Position numbers and translations under genes: made by a program. A stretch of DNA of 64,000 bases, taken from Octopus vulgaris (taxonomy: Eukaryota). The DNA lies in NCBI GenBank assembly GCA_951406725.2, contig OX597816.1, positions 8,618,001 through 8,682,000 of the forward strand, read 5' to 3'. Shown here one piece after another: positions 41,176 through 53,899 of this stretch. Under the pieces are notes generated by a model that was given only the letters and a program-made list of their open reading frames with translations, searched no databases and was not told the DNA's origin. Each line of letters begins with the position of its first letter. The first letter of the stretch is position 1.

Positions 41176-42380
41176 TTGGGTCATCCCATAAATAATGTGC
41201 GTTTTTTTATATTTATTTTATTTTTCAAAAATTAAGATAGACAAATTTCTTTTTTAATCTAAGATATATTCTCCTTCATTTTCTACAATGCTCTTCCATC
41301 TATATGGTAGACTTGCAGCCCCCCCACCTCTTCCAAAATCCACTTGCCCGTGATGAAAAATACTCTTCCAGTGCTGTTCTGACCTTATCTACAGAATTCA
41401 CATTTTTTCTGTCCAAATGATTTTGAAGACTGCAGAATAAATGATAATCAAATGGGACAATGTCCAGCAAACACAGTGGGTGGGTGGGGCATCGTTTCCC
41501 CATTCAAACTACTCCAGCCTGTAAGTGGCCGAGCATTATTCCGATGGAAGAACACCTTTTGTCTTGAAACTAAAAATGGTTGTTTTCCTTCTAGTGCTGA
41601 TTTAAGCCACTCAAGCTGCTCACAGTAGATCCCCTTTGTTATCATTTGGTTTGGGTGCAGACCTTCTTTAGCCTGGGGTACTGGTGTTTCTCCTTTCCCT
41701 ACCTACTGTTCTTGGCGGTTGACATTTTTATAGAGAACCCATTTCTTGTCACCAGTCACTATTTGGCCCCCAAAAGGTTCATTCGTGAGACGTGACAGCA
41801 GAGAAGAGCACACATTCACTCTCTGCACACAATTAGACTTGGAAGGTTTGTAAGGAACCCATTGACCCACTTTACTGACTTTTCCCATGGCAAGTAGGTG
41901 CCGATGAATGGTTGAATGAACAAATCCAAGCTTCTCTGATAGTTCCTCCAACAGTTACAATGGGATTTTGTTCCATCAAGGTTTGTAAGATGTCCTCATC
42001 AAGCTCTACAGATCTTCCAGGACAATGCTCATCTTCTAGGCTGTAGTTTCTGGCTCAGAATTTCTGGAACCACCGTTGACCCTGGCTTACACTTACTGTC
42101 TGATCCCCCTATACTGCATTAATATTCCTCACACTATCCGTTGTGCTGCTGCCTTTACTGAACTCATTAAGTAAAATATGCTCCTTTGTCACTTCCATTA
42201 CAGCTTTGAAAAAGTAACTGTTAAAATGGAACTGCACTCTTCAAAACTTGCACTAAGAATAAGTACAACGTAAAATTACTACCTGCTTTCATAGCAAGTT
42301 GATGCAGGTAGTTTATCCCATTCCCCTCTGACTTTTAGTTCATGCAATTGAAAAAAACTGTTATTTATGGGATGACCCAA
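41176..42380 (-). mobile_element. Decayed mariner transposon
   Basis: TIRs ttgggtcatcccataaataa / ttatttatgggatgacccaa with TA flanks; transposase remnants WVPY, IVTGDKKWVLY, FHRNNARP and DYHLFCSLQN. Confidence 0.92.
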
Positions 42381-42705
42381 TATGTGTGTGTGTGTGTGCA
42401 TCTTTGTGTTTGTCCCCTAGCACTCATTAAGAGCCAGTGTTGGTTTGTTAACATCCCTGTAAGTGGTTTGTCATGAGTCAACGACAGAATAAGTTCAAGA
42501 GTTAAAGTACTGGGGTTAATTAGTTCAACTAAAAATACCCTTTAAGGTAGTAACCCAACATGGCCACAGTCCAATGACTGAAACAAGTAAAAGATTAAAA
42601 GATGTGAATTTCTAGAAGAAGCAGAGCTTAAACAAAACAAACAAAAAGAAAGAGGAAATAGTGAGGTTCTATGGTAGATTGCCTAATAAAAAGGAACCAG
42701 AAGTG

Positions 42706-42737
<32 letters not shown>

Positions 42738-43027
42738 TTAATGTCATTTTTCTATGCTGGAATGGGTTGGGCAGTTTGATAGGAGTTGGTAAGGCTGGAA
42801 TTGCACCAGGCTCCATTGTCTGTTCTTGCATGGTTTCTACAGCTGGATGCCCTTCATGGCACCAGCACCAACAGGGTCACCAAGCAATTTGCAAGGTAAA
42901 ACTTCTTGGCTTGGAGGACACGGGAAGTCATATTGAGGCAGGAGTGGCTTTGTGCCAGTTGAGCATTTGAAAGATTAAGAGGCACAAGGATAGATGTTCA
43001 TTAGTTAATAAATGGCAAATTACATAC

Positions 43028-43033
43028 CATCAG

Positions 43034-43066
<33 letters not shown>

Positions 43067-43446
43067 CTTCTTCAGTGTTTTCAGCTGTCACAGCTCTATG
43101 CAGAACCTGTACACTTGGTTTGACATCGGGGTCATCTTGGTTTTGCGATTGATTATGCAGAACCAGTACACTTGGTTTCACATCAGGGTCATCTTGATTT
43201 TGCGATTGATTAACATACGTATACTGACTTCCTACTGCTTCAGCAATTTTGCCAGAAGTCTGTTCAGAAACATAGAGATAATTGTTTTCTTTAATGCTAA
43301 TCCCAGTCCCTGCCAGCAGAGTTGAGATTGGGGCCAAAGTGCCATCATCAAATACCATTGTCTTCAATGGTACTCGCGGTACACAGCGACCTGTACACAT
43401 CTCTTGGTGATTAGTAAAATCCAACTGTCCTGATTCAATGTACTTC
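43028..43446 (-). CDS. GMEB: GMEB-like exon 2 (KYIESGQLDFTNHQEMCTGRC..., 19-aa tandem repeat, poly-Q)
   Basis: SGQLDF.NHQEMCTGRC parallels the GMEB post-SAND zinc-binding segment SGQIDFYQHDKVCSNTC. cccttcag| and |gtatgt, 419 nt, phase 2 to 1. Confidence 0.9.
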
Positions 43447-43571
43447 CTGAAGGGAATGAAAGTGAAGACATTTAGAACAACTCTACACCACTTTATACAT
43501 TTGTATTATCATCATCATTATTATTATTTAACATCTACTTTTCCAAGCCTGAATGGGCCAGACAGAATTTG

Positions 43572-43793
43572 GGTACTACTAGTGAACAGTGGTCCTGGTG
43601 CGTGCACATGCGCATCCGTGCAGGCTAGTCGTAAGTAGTCGATCCTACAACGACTTTTTAACCCTAACCTTAGTTTGTTAATAAAAATAATTTATTTGCT
43701 TAGTTTAAAAAATTATTTAGGATCGACTACTTACTACTAGCTACTGCGGATGCGCGTGTGTGCGCACCGGGACCACTGTTCGGTAATAGTACC
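43572..43793. mobile_element. 222-bp MITE with long TIRs and a 9-bp TSD (Merlin- or MULE-type)
   Basis: GGTACTA...TAGTACC termini, ~75-bp imperfect TIRs, TSD cagaatttg at 43563-43571 and 43794-43802. Confidence 0.85.
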
Positions 43794-44359
43794 CAGAATT
43801 TGTTGAGGCAGATTTTTTACAGCTTAATGCTTTTCCTACAAACACCACATGATGTCAAGACTAGGATACACACACACACATAAACACAATATAATAATGT
43901 GTAAGATGCTGAGCACTCCACAGACACAGGTACCTATTTCTTTACTACCCACAAGGGGCTAAACACGGGCTCTCTGTGTTTAGCCCCTTGTGGGTAGTAA
44001 AGAAATAGGTACCTGTGTCTGTGGAGTGCTCAGCATCTTACACATTATTATATTGTGTGTATGTATTTGTGTGTGTATCCTAGTCTTGACATCATGTGGT
44101 GTTTGTAGGAAAAGCATTAAGCTGTAAAAAATCTGCCTCAACAAATTCTGGGTACTATTACCGAACAGTGGTCCCGGTGCGCACACACGCGCATCCGCAG
44201 TAGCTAGTAGTAAGTAGTCGATCCTAAATAATTTTTTAAACTAAGCAAATAAATTATTTTTATTAACAAACTAAGGTTAGGGTTAAAAAGTCGTTGTAGG
44301 ATCGACTTCTTACGACTAACCTGCACGGATGCGCATGTGCACGCACCAGAACCACTGTT
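43585..44359. repeat. Near-perfect ~775-bp palindrome (fold-back duplication) in a GMEB-like intron
   Basis: Arms 43585-43966 and 43976-44359 are reverse complements with few mismatches, around a 9-nt spacer gggctctct. Confidence 0.95.
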
Positions 44360-45375
44360 GCTCCAGTCCCCTCAGCAAGGACAGACAAACGGATTAAGTC
44401 GATTAGATAGACCCCAGTGCATAACTGGTACTTAATTTATCGACCCCGAGAGGATGAAAGGCAAAGTCGACCTCGGCGGAATTTGAACTCAGAACGTTGC
44501 GGCAGACAATATACCGCTAAGGATTTCGCCCGGCGTGTTAATGATTCTGCCAGCTCGCCACAGACACATTGACCCTTAATGTAGTTCTCAGGAAGATTCA
44601 GTACGACATGGAACGAGGCAAGGCTGGCCCTTTGAATCACAGCTACAGCTCATTTTTGCCAGCTGAGGGGACTGGAGCAACGTGGAGTAAAGTGTTTTGC
44701 TCAAGGAAACACTATACTGCCAGGTATCAAACTCACAAGCTTACAATCGTAAGCTGAGCACCCTAACCACTTAGCTATGTGCAAGAGTAGTGATGGGGGT
44801 AGAAGTGAATGTAGTAAGTGAGGACCAGGAGTGGAGGGGCAGCTTGAGACATAAAAATGGTAAAAGTGATGTCTTGACTATTAAGTGTTGCTTGTATCAG
44901 CAAAGTATACAAATCAATAAATTCTATACAAAGAGATTCTTTAATTTCCCAAAACTTTGCTTGTTTATAAACATGAAGCATCACTGCATTGATATCATTA
45001 AATTTCTTAGAATAGATTAACATGTGGCTGTGTGATAAGAAGCTTGCTTCCCAACCACATGGTTCCGGGTTCAGTTCCACAGCATGGCACCTTGCACAAG
45101 TGTCTTCTACTACAGCCTCTGGCAGGCCAAAGCTTTGTGAGTGGATTTGGTAGACAGAAACTGAAAGACCATTGTGTATGTGTTTGTGTTTATGGTCCTG
45201 TAACTTAGTGCTTCAGCAAAAGAGACTGATAGAATAAGTACCAGGCTTTGAAAAAAAAAAGTACTGGAATTGATTCGTTCATTCGATTAAAAATTCTTCA
45301 AGGTGGTGCCTCGATTCCAAATAAGGTAAAAACTGTGATAAAAAACTTTAATGAAACAGATCAAAGATGAAATAC

Positions 45376-45587
45376 CTGAGTTGGATGCCATTCATTCGAA
45401 CAGCATTCTTCCAGTCTTTAAGCTTTTCTTTCTCGCCCATGACAGAAAACAGTTTCGGAGAGATAAAACGGCCTTCAAACTCAATACATTCTCGGTGAAT
45501 GCCAGGACAAATAAATTTCTCCATATGTAGTTTACCAACCAAATTTCCACAGGTGACTGTTATCACCCCTGCACTATCTTCAGTCAT
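45376..45587 (-). CDS. GMEB: GMEB-like (glucocorticoid modulatory element-binding protein family) transcription factor, SAND-domain exon
   Basis: VTCG...KFICPGI...FISPK.F...KLKDWKNAVRMNGIQLR is a SAND domain with the KDWK motif. cttacag|ATG and ag|gtattt, 212 nt. Confidence 0.93.
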
Positions 45588-46208
45588 CTGTAAGAGAGAA
45601 TTGAATTTTACTAAGATAACAAGTAGAAGCTGTTAGATAAATACATTTTCAATAGGCTGCAATGAAGCATTGCTGTCAAATTTTGGTACAGGGCCAGCAA
45701 TTTGGTGGGACTGGGCAAGTCAATGACAACCCCTGTACTCATTTTATTGAAAGGAAGAAAGGCAAAGTCAATCACAAAAGTTTAAAATGCAAAACCTCAG
45801 CAAAATTTAAACTCAGCACATAAAGACAAACAAAATACCTATTTCTTTACTACCCACAAGGGGCTAAACACAGAGAGGACAAACAAGGACAGACAGACGG
45901 ATTAAGTTGATTACATCGACCCCAGTGCGTAACTGGTACTTAATTTATTGACCCCGAAAGGACGAAAGGCAAAGTCAACTTCGGTGGAATTTGAACTCAG
46001 AATATAAAGACAGACGAAATACCGCTAAGTATTTAGCCCGGTGCGTTAACGTTTCTGCCAGCTCGCTGCTTTAATATACAAAATACCAATATACATTTTG
46101 CCTGCTGTGCTAACAATTCTGTCAGCTTACCATTTTAGGCTGCAATGAAATATTGAATGCAATTTCAATCAAAAGGATCATCATCATCATCATTTAATGT
46201 CTGTCTTC

Positions 46209-46700
46209 TACAGGGTGTGCCACAAAAAAATGTACTTGCATTTTGACTCTCCATAACTCACTGGATTTTTCATTTCTTTTTGGATCAAATTGATCCTAAT
46301 AATGGCAGAAGTATGACAAAGATTTGAAGGAGAAAATTCATGAAAAAGTGCGACTTGGAAGCATTGAAACATCGTGGAAGTGCTAAGACAATTTGAAGTG
46401 ATTTTCAGAAAGATCCACCAGTGCAATGCAACACTGCTCGCATCCAAGATAAGTTTGAATCAGATGGAACTGTGCATGGCATCCATAAGGAACATTCAAG
46501 AAAGTAAGAGAAAAGGAATTGTCCTAAAGGAAAAAGAATTGATGGAAATCCTTCACTGTTCCCCACAAAAATCTGTATGACAAATGACTCATGAGAGCGG
46601 AATCCCTAAATCAAGCACCCGTCGCATTTTGAAGGGAGTCCGTTGGAAACGTTACATGTGAACATTAAACCATGCTCTAAATAAAGATGATTTATCCATT
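46209..46700 (+). mobile_element. Tc1/mariner-superfamily 5' remnant
   Basis: ta|cagggtgtgccac terminus followed by degraded HTH-like coding (RIQDKFESDGTV...SPQKSV); no second TIR seen. Confidence 0.55.
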
Positions 46701-47124
46701 TAACCATCAATCTTGTTTCTAAGACAATCAACAATGCATTTATTGTCATTTAAAGAGTGAGTACACTGGGGGGAGGGTGGATACCCTGGATATTGGCATG
46801 GATTGGATGGTTTGACAGGACCACCCAACTAACCAGAGGACTGTGCTGTGTTCCAGTGTATGCTTCAGCATGATTTCTACAGCTAGATACCCTTCCACAA
46901 CAAACAACCCATTAAATTCAGTTTCAAATTTTGACACAAGGGAGGGTCAAGTCAATCACATCAACCTCCCCAGTGCATAACTGCTATTTCTCTTTTCAAC
47001 CAACTTCAACTTAGAATATAAAGACGAATGAAATGGTGCTAAGCATTTTGACCAGTGAGCTAATGATTCTGCCAGCTTGCTGTCTGAAACAACTCATTAA
47101 CTTCAACCAATGAAGTTAATGAGT

Positions 47125-47642
47125 TCCCTAGTGCGAACAATTCTCCTTTACGGCAGCGAGTCATGGCCGATGAGGGTGGAAGATATTAAGCGACTAGAAT
47201 CCTTCGATCACCTCTGTCTACGCCACATCTTTCATGTCCGATGGCATCACTTTGTCTCCAACAATTCGGTGCGACACCAGTGCAGAATCACCTCCCTCCG
47301 ACAAGTCATTCTAACGAGACATTGGCTGCGTCATGCCTGTCGTCGTCAACCAGGAGAATTCATCTACGAAGCAATTGCCCTAGCTCCCCTTCAGGGTTGG
47401 CGAAAGTGATGTAGTGGACAATGAAAAACCTGGCTGATGACAGTCAAGGCTGATCTGGAACCCAACCTAGACACCATATCTACGGCGTTCACCGCTGGAA
47501 TAAGGAGTGGTTGGAGATCACGCGGTCGTTAGCCTCAAATCACCAGGTCTGGTCAGCGTTTGTGAGAGATGCAGCATTGAGGATGAATGAAGCCAGCTCA
47601 ACCCACCCCGGGTGAATGCTGTCTCAAGACAAGAAAAGACAA
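47125..47642 (+). mobile_element. RTE LINE 3' fragment of a second family; mirrored at ~63580-64000
   Basis: VRTILLYGSESW...LESFDHLCLRHI...WLRHACRR (ORF 47110..47409) with a caaga-repeat tail. Confidence 0.8.
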
Positions 47643-48225
47643 TGATGATGATGGCTTAACTGTCTTCATAGAGGTTATCCTAAGACATTAGTCCATGCTC
47701 TAAATGAAGACAATTTATCCATTTACGCATTTAATCAGCAATCTTGTTTCTAAGACAATACTGAGGTATTTAACCCTTGAGTTACCACATTTCTGTTGAA
47801 ATACATTATTTCACTTTACACATTAATTTTTTTTAAATAACGAAGAATTTAATGAATTAACTTTGTCATTTTTAAGTTGATGTTTCCAACATAATTTAAC
47901 AAGAAATTTTGATGGAAAGTTTTAAGATGATTTTAAAATGGGAAGTCTGTACCATAAAGCCAGGGGCAATGTCGGATGGTTTGGTATCAAAAGTGTTTAA
48001 ATAGAAACCTAATTACATGAGATTTCAATTGGTCAACACCAACATAATATATATAAACCAATACATAAATTTACAGGTTTTTCACTAAATACTTTGAAAA
48101 TCTTGATTATATTGAACATTTATAGGAATACATAGACAGGCTACTTGTTAAAATGCAGTTAAAGAAAGTGTGAAGCAAGAACCGTGCTGGACTACATGGC
48201 AATACAGGAATTACCATAATTGATG

Positions 48226-49565
48226 TCAACAAGAGTCACGGCCCTGACGGCATACACCCACGGGTTATCAAAGCGTTGGCTCCGGTCATCTGCGAGCCCT
48301 TAACATGACTATTCAATATGTCATTGGCGACGGGTGTTATACCTGCAGACTGGAGAACAGCGATAATCTGCCCAATTTTCAAGAAAGGGAGCCGCGAAGA
48401 CCCGCTTAACTACCGACCGGTTTCCTTACATCAATAATCAGCAAGATGTTCGAAACCATCCTTAAGAAAAGTATGATGCTCCACCTCCTAAACACAGCCT
48501 CGATCACTGATTCCCAACACGGCTTCGTGCCGAAGAGATCATGCTTGACCAACTTACTAGTAATGGAAGAATTGGTGACGCGCATCCTCGATGATAGTAA
48601 TGCTGTTGACATCGTTTTATTGGACTTTGCCAAAGCTTTTGACTCGGTAAACCACCGCCTACTACTTGTCAAGCTTCAAGCATATAGTTTCCATCCGGAT
48701 ATTGTACGATGGGTTGGTGCCTTCCTCTCAGATCGCTCCTTCCAAGTTCAAGTTAATGGTTCGCGGTCCGACGTCTCCAGTGCAAGCAGTGGCGTGCCTC
48801 AAGGTTCAGTGCTTGGGCCCTTGTTGTTCTTAGTCTTCATAAATGACTTGCCCGACGACCTCACGCAACACACCCTTCTATTTGCCGACGATATCAAACT
48901 GGTCGCTCCTCGCGGTAGTATAGAGGATCTTCGTCGATGCCTCCACCAAATTTGGAAGTGGTCTAACGATTGGGACCTGTGTCTGAATGTGTCAAAGTGC
49001 TGTCATCTGCCTGTCGGCTCTACTCCTGCAACTCAACTTGATTTCGAGCCGGGTCGTCTGCTGCTGGAGAGGACCGATCAGGTAAAGGACCTGGGTATCT
49101 TGGTGGATTCCTCCTTTTCGTCTTCGGCCCAGTGCGTCCATGCTGCCAACAAAGCGCGCGGAATTCTGTTTTTGATTCGACGGTCATTCGGAATGCTCAC
49201 AGCAGCCATATTCCTGCCACTCTATGTCACGCTGGTGAGACCCATATTGGAGTATGGGATTCAAGCCTCTTCTCCTTATCTCCTCAAAGACATACAGCAC
49301 CTCGAAAGAGTCCAGAGGCTGGCTACCCGCATGATTCATGGTCTCAAAAATTTGTCCTATGAAGAAAGGCTGAGGACGCTCGACCTTTATTCTCTTGAAA
49401 AACGCCGCCGCCGTGGTGATCTCATTCTCGCCCACAACATCATAAGCGGGAAGTGTAACCTCTCGAAAGAGCTGTTCTTCACTCCTGCTCCGGAGCGTCG
49501 GCTGCGGGGTCATTCCGAAAAGCTCTACCTGCGACGATTTCATCTCAATCGAAGGAGAGGAGCTT
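48226..49565 (+). mobile_element. CR1-type LINE ORF2 (reverse transcriptase) fragment, truncated at both ends
   Basis: KSHGPDGIHP, NYRPVSL, QHGF, DFAKAFD, GVPQGSVLGP and FADD motifs; ORF 48446..49582. Ends at RRGA with no 3' UTR and is absent from the right arm. Confidence 0.93.
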
Positions 49566-52004
49566 TATTATTATTATTATGACGATGAGAGCAATGCATG
49601 CCATCAAAGTGATGGTGGGGTACAAATATACGAAGCCCTATATACTATCTGATAAGGATACACCAGGCACATACATAAAAACCATGTGACATGGTGACCT
49701 CATATCAAGATGAACAGCACATGACCTCACAGGTGGAACCCAGTTATAATTTTCTTCAGGTCGAGTTCATCCTGCTTAAAACATCCCTGAATAAGGGTTA
49801 AGGACGATGGGTGAATCACTTCTCAACACATGGTTATGATGCTCCCCCACTATTTCTGCTTGTGATAAGAGATGCACATAGCATCAGCCATTAGGTGACA
49901 TGCACAACTGGTTACAGTTAAGCAGCTGACAAGCAAATCTGTGGTATTGAGCAGAATATTTGCTGTAGCCCATCTTTTACATCAAGATAAAACATGTACA
50001 TGTTAACACTTCCAATCAATTATGATCAGAAGCCATGAGAACCACAGCCTGGTACTGCATCAGAGCATTCATTATTATTATTAATTGGCAAACTAGCAAA
50101 GAAATCTTTAGCATGTCAGGCAAATCGCTTAGTGGCATTTCTTTTGGCTCTTTCCCTGGTTCTTAGTTCAAATACTACCAAGGCTGGCTTTTTGCAGTCA
50201 CCCTTCTAGGGTTTCATAAGATAAATATCTTTTCTAATCTAGGCAGAAGGACTGAAATTTTTGGAGAGGGGGCCAGTCGTTTAGATCGACTCCAGTGCGC
50301 AACTGGTACTTATCGACCCCAAAAGGATACAAGGCAAAGTCGACCACGGCGGAATTTGAACTCAGAACATAAAAGACAGACGAAATACTGCTAAGCATTT
50401 CGCCTTTCATAAAATAAATTCCACCAAAGCACTGATATCAACATATTACCGTATTTTAACGTGTATAAGGAACCTATTTTTGTCAAAACTTAGGTTTAAA
50501 AAATATGGGAGTTTCTTACACATGGATAGTATTATAATCTTTTTTTTTTCCCAAATTTTAAGAACCCCAAAATTAGGGGGTTCCCTATACACGTTAAAAT
50601 ACGGTCTTTTGTTGCCAGTTGAAATCATTATCACTTTTATAATTTTCTTTTTTTTGTTTTTATGACCGGGTCAAAAGCTTTAGTTTGACCCTTACGGTTA
50701 CTCTCCGGTAGTTTATTCTGCTTTTGTCTCAAATTTGTTTTTTCCCTACTTTCTGGGTCAATAAAATAAAGTGCTATAAACAACTGCTACCTTTCCTGCA
50801 AAAGAAAAAAAAAAAGAAAAAAATTCTGGCCTTCTGCCTGTGCTAGAAATAACAACTGTTATTTCTCATTCCTCGGTGAGGAAGCAGACAGGAAGAAAAC
50901 ACAACTCTAGGCAGAAGAAGAGTTGTCTAAATTCCATGATAGGTGTGAAGGTAACAAGTGCTTGCTTGCACATTTATTGTTGTTGTTGTTGTTCCACAAC
51001 TCTGCCTTTCGTCCTTTCCGGGACGATAAAATGAAATAGCAGTCAAGTCCCGGGGTCGGTGTAACCAGCTGTCCCCATCTGTCCCCTTTTCTGGAAATTG
51101 TTGGATTTGTGCCAAGATCAGAACGAATTATTATTGTTGTTATAAAAATATATTTAGACAAAAGTTTTAAGAGCCAAATATAACCAAATTCTCTAAATGT
51201 GTTTAGTAAAGAAAGATCACGTTCGCAAAGCACAGGTCGATGACATACGGGTGCGTTCGGGGTCACTACCTGCTACAAAAGAGTAGCTAAATCTCCCTCA
51301 AACGAAACACTTACGTATTTTATTGTGAACTATTCAAGTATTTGTGTGGACTATACGAGTATAATTGCTGTCTTTACTTGACTTATTGCGGTTCTTTTGC
51401 TCCTACCATCACCTTTCATCCTTTTCCGACAAGTTGTGTTCTAAAGCCCCGGGGGGTGGGGAAAATGCTGAGCGATATTTGTTGCAGTTCTTTACGTTCC
51501 CAGATCAAATCCCAGACTAACGTTTTGTCTTCCATGGGTCGATTAAATAAGTAACAGTCAAGTCCTGGGATCGATCTAATCCACGAACCACCTCCCCATA
51601 AAATTTCAGGCCTTGTCTATTCGTAGAAAGAATTATTGTTATTATTATTATTATTACTAAGGTGGCGAACCTGCAGAATCCGTTTAGAGCCTCGCAGTGT
51701 TACCTCCGGGTCTTTACGTTCCCAGTTCGAACTCCACCGACGTCGACATCAACCCCCCCCCCCAGCATCCCTGAAAACTGAGGCCCTTGTCCCTAAATCG
51801 GAAATTATAATTATTATTTGATATGCGACGACGAGAAGGTCATGGATGGAGACTTTTCGATTAAAGGCATGCTGTATCAATAAGAACATAAAGGAAAATA
51901 ATACAAACAATAAATAATAATAATAATAATAGTAATTGCATGTGTGTGTGTGTGTGTGTGTTGTATGAAGAACAAAGAAAGAAAAAACTTGGTTTTATAC
52001 CCAC

Positions 52005-52939
52005 CTTTGATTAAAAGTATGACAGGTAGAAACCAGGTGAGCAGCAGGGACGGAGATTAGTGAGGATTCGTGGGGAAGACGGAAATAACGGATGAAACCA
52101 AATAGGGTGGTAACATATAATATAGAGAGGAAGAAGGAATATATATATGTGGGTACATCATTGATTCTATTGTCTTGCCTCCATAACTTCAATAACAACA
52201 CTGACCAAGAGAGAGAGAGGAATGCTGCAATGACCATATATATATATAGATATAGATATATGTATATATAAATGTGCCCACCCACACAGAGGAGAGGGGA
52301 AACTATTATCGTACAACAGTTGGGAGAGAGAGGAAAAGTTACGTTGTCATGAAAGAACTTAGCAAAGTTCGATCGATCGATTTTGCGGGAATTTAAGCGA
52401 TTATATCATATATTTATTACTTTGTTAAGTGGTGTAGGTATATTTTGTGTGTGATTATAAAATAATGTCGTGAAATTCTAAGAGATTTGAGGGAGAATGG
52501 TGTCTTTTTTTTGTTTGTTTGTGGAGTTTTTGTTGTTAGTTTTTTTTCTTTAAGGTCGACGTTTTTGGAAGAAATCGGGAGAAAAGAAAATATGGCGAGA
52601 AAAAAAAGGGAAAGAGTGTTCTAAAGGAGAGGAAAAGTTGGATGAAAGCATGGTAAGAATTGTGGTTTGCGCCTGAAGACGGTAACGTGCCCCATTTTAA
52701 CGTCGAGAAACAAATATGGACGTTGCTTTGAACGGAAACGGACACTGACGTCATTGACGTTTCCCTTACGTCACGACTCGGTGTGACACGTGAGCGTTGC
52801 GTTCCGCCAACCCCGTCGCGAGTTCGTCGCCGCCTTCGCCGTCATCGTCGTCGTTTTAACGAAGTCGTTGGGTGACGTTGGTTTTGAAAAGGAAGAGGAA
52901 AAGTAAGAGGAGAGAACAACAGAGAATGGTTGACCTCCT
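52005..52939 (-). promoter_or_regulatory. Putative GMEB-like promoter and 5' UTR exon (CpG-rich; CRE, E-box and ACGT cluster)
   Basis: CpG-dense block 52680-52880 with TGACGTCA (52746-52753), TTACGTCA (52766-52773) and CACGTG (52787-52792). Candidate donor aag|gtgggt at 52004, ~6.4 kb upstream of the SAND exon. Confidence 0.55.
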
Positions 52940-53384
52940 ACCACACGGCTATGTCATGTGCTTGCTAGACTAGCCTCGTTCTGGAAACTGTATTGAACTC
53001 TTTCGAAAAGTTGAGGTTTTGAAGGAATATTGATTGATTTGCGGCGAGTTTGATAAAAGATAATAAAAATAAAGTTATCGTCGAAAGAAGTAAACATCCC
53101 ACACGCAATTCTGATTTACAACGGAATCCATTTCATTTTTAGTCGAATAAATGAATCTCAGTAATTATTTTTTTAAAAGCCTAATATTTATTCTAGCGGA
53201 CTCTTGCGAACCTCTAAGTTACGGGGATGTAAAAAAAACCAACACCGGTTGTAGAGCGGTGGGAGACAGGCAGACACAAAGACATGCACGCACACACACG
53301 CACGCAAAACATATAATCGTCCTTTCTACGACAGGCACAAGGCCTGAAGTTTTTTGGGGGTGGGGAAGAGGCGAGTCGATTACA

Positions 53385-53899
53385 TGGACCCAACTGGTAC
53401 TTAATTTATCGATCCCGAAAGGATGAAAGGGGAAGTCGACCTCGGCGAAATTTGAACCCAGAACGTAGCAACGGGCGAAATACCTATTTCTTTGCTACCC
53501 ACAAGGGGCTAAACACAGAGGAGACAAACAAGGACAGATAGGCGGATTAAGTCGATTACATCGACCCCAGTGCGTAACTGGTACTTAATTTATCGACCCC
53601 GAAAGGATGAAAGGCAAAGTCGACCTCGGCGGAATTTGAACTCACAACGTAACGCAGACGAAATACCTATTTCTTTATTACCCACAAGGGGCTAAACACA
53701 GAGGCAACAAACAAGGACAGACATAGGTATTAAGTCGATTACATCGACCCCAGTTCGTAACTGGTACTTAATTTATCGACCCCCGAAAGGATGAAAGGCA
53801 AAGTCGACCTCGGCGGAATTTGAACTCACAACGTAACGCAGACGAAATACCGCTAAGCATTTCGCCCGGCGTGCTAACGTTTCTGCCAGCTCGCCGCCT
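53385..53899 (-). mobile_element. SINE (family B) tandem array, about 3 units
   Basis: Repeated gtcgacctcggcggaatttgaactc...gaaatacc units with a ~183-bp period. Confidence 0.88.

Larger units (their letters stand above)
47233..52939 (-). repeat. Left arm of the inverted segmental duplication
   Basis: Reverse complement of 57886-64000 apart from substitutions, small indels and arm-specific retroelement insertions. Confidence 0.96.

Noticed and set aside
51995-52754. ORFs 51995..52285 and 52536..52754, apparently conserved in both arms
   Set aside because: The conservation reflects recent duplication; frames differ between arms and the translations are low-complexity.
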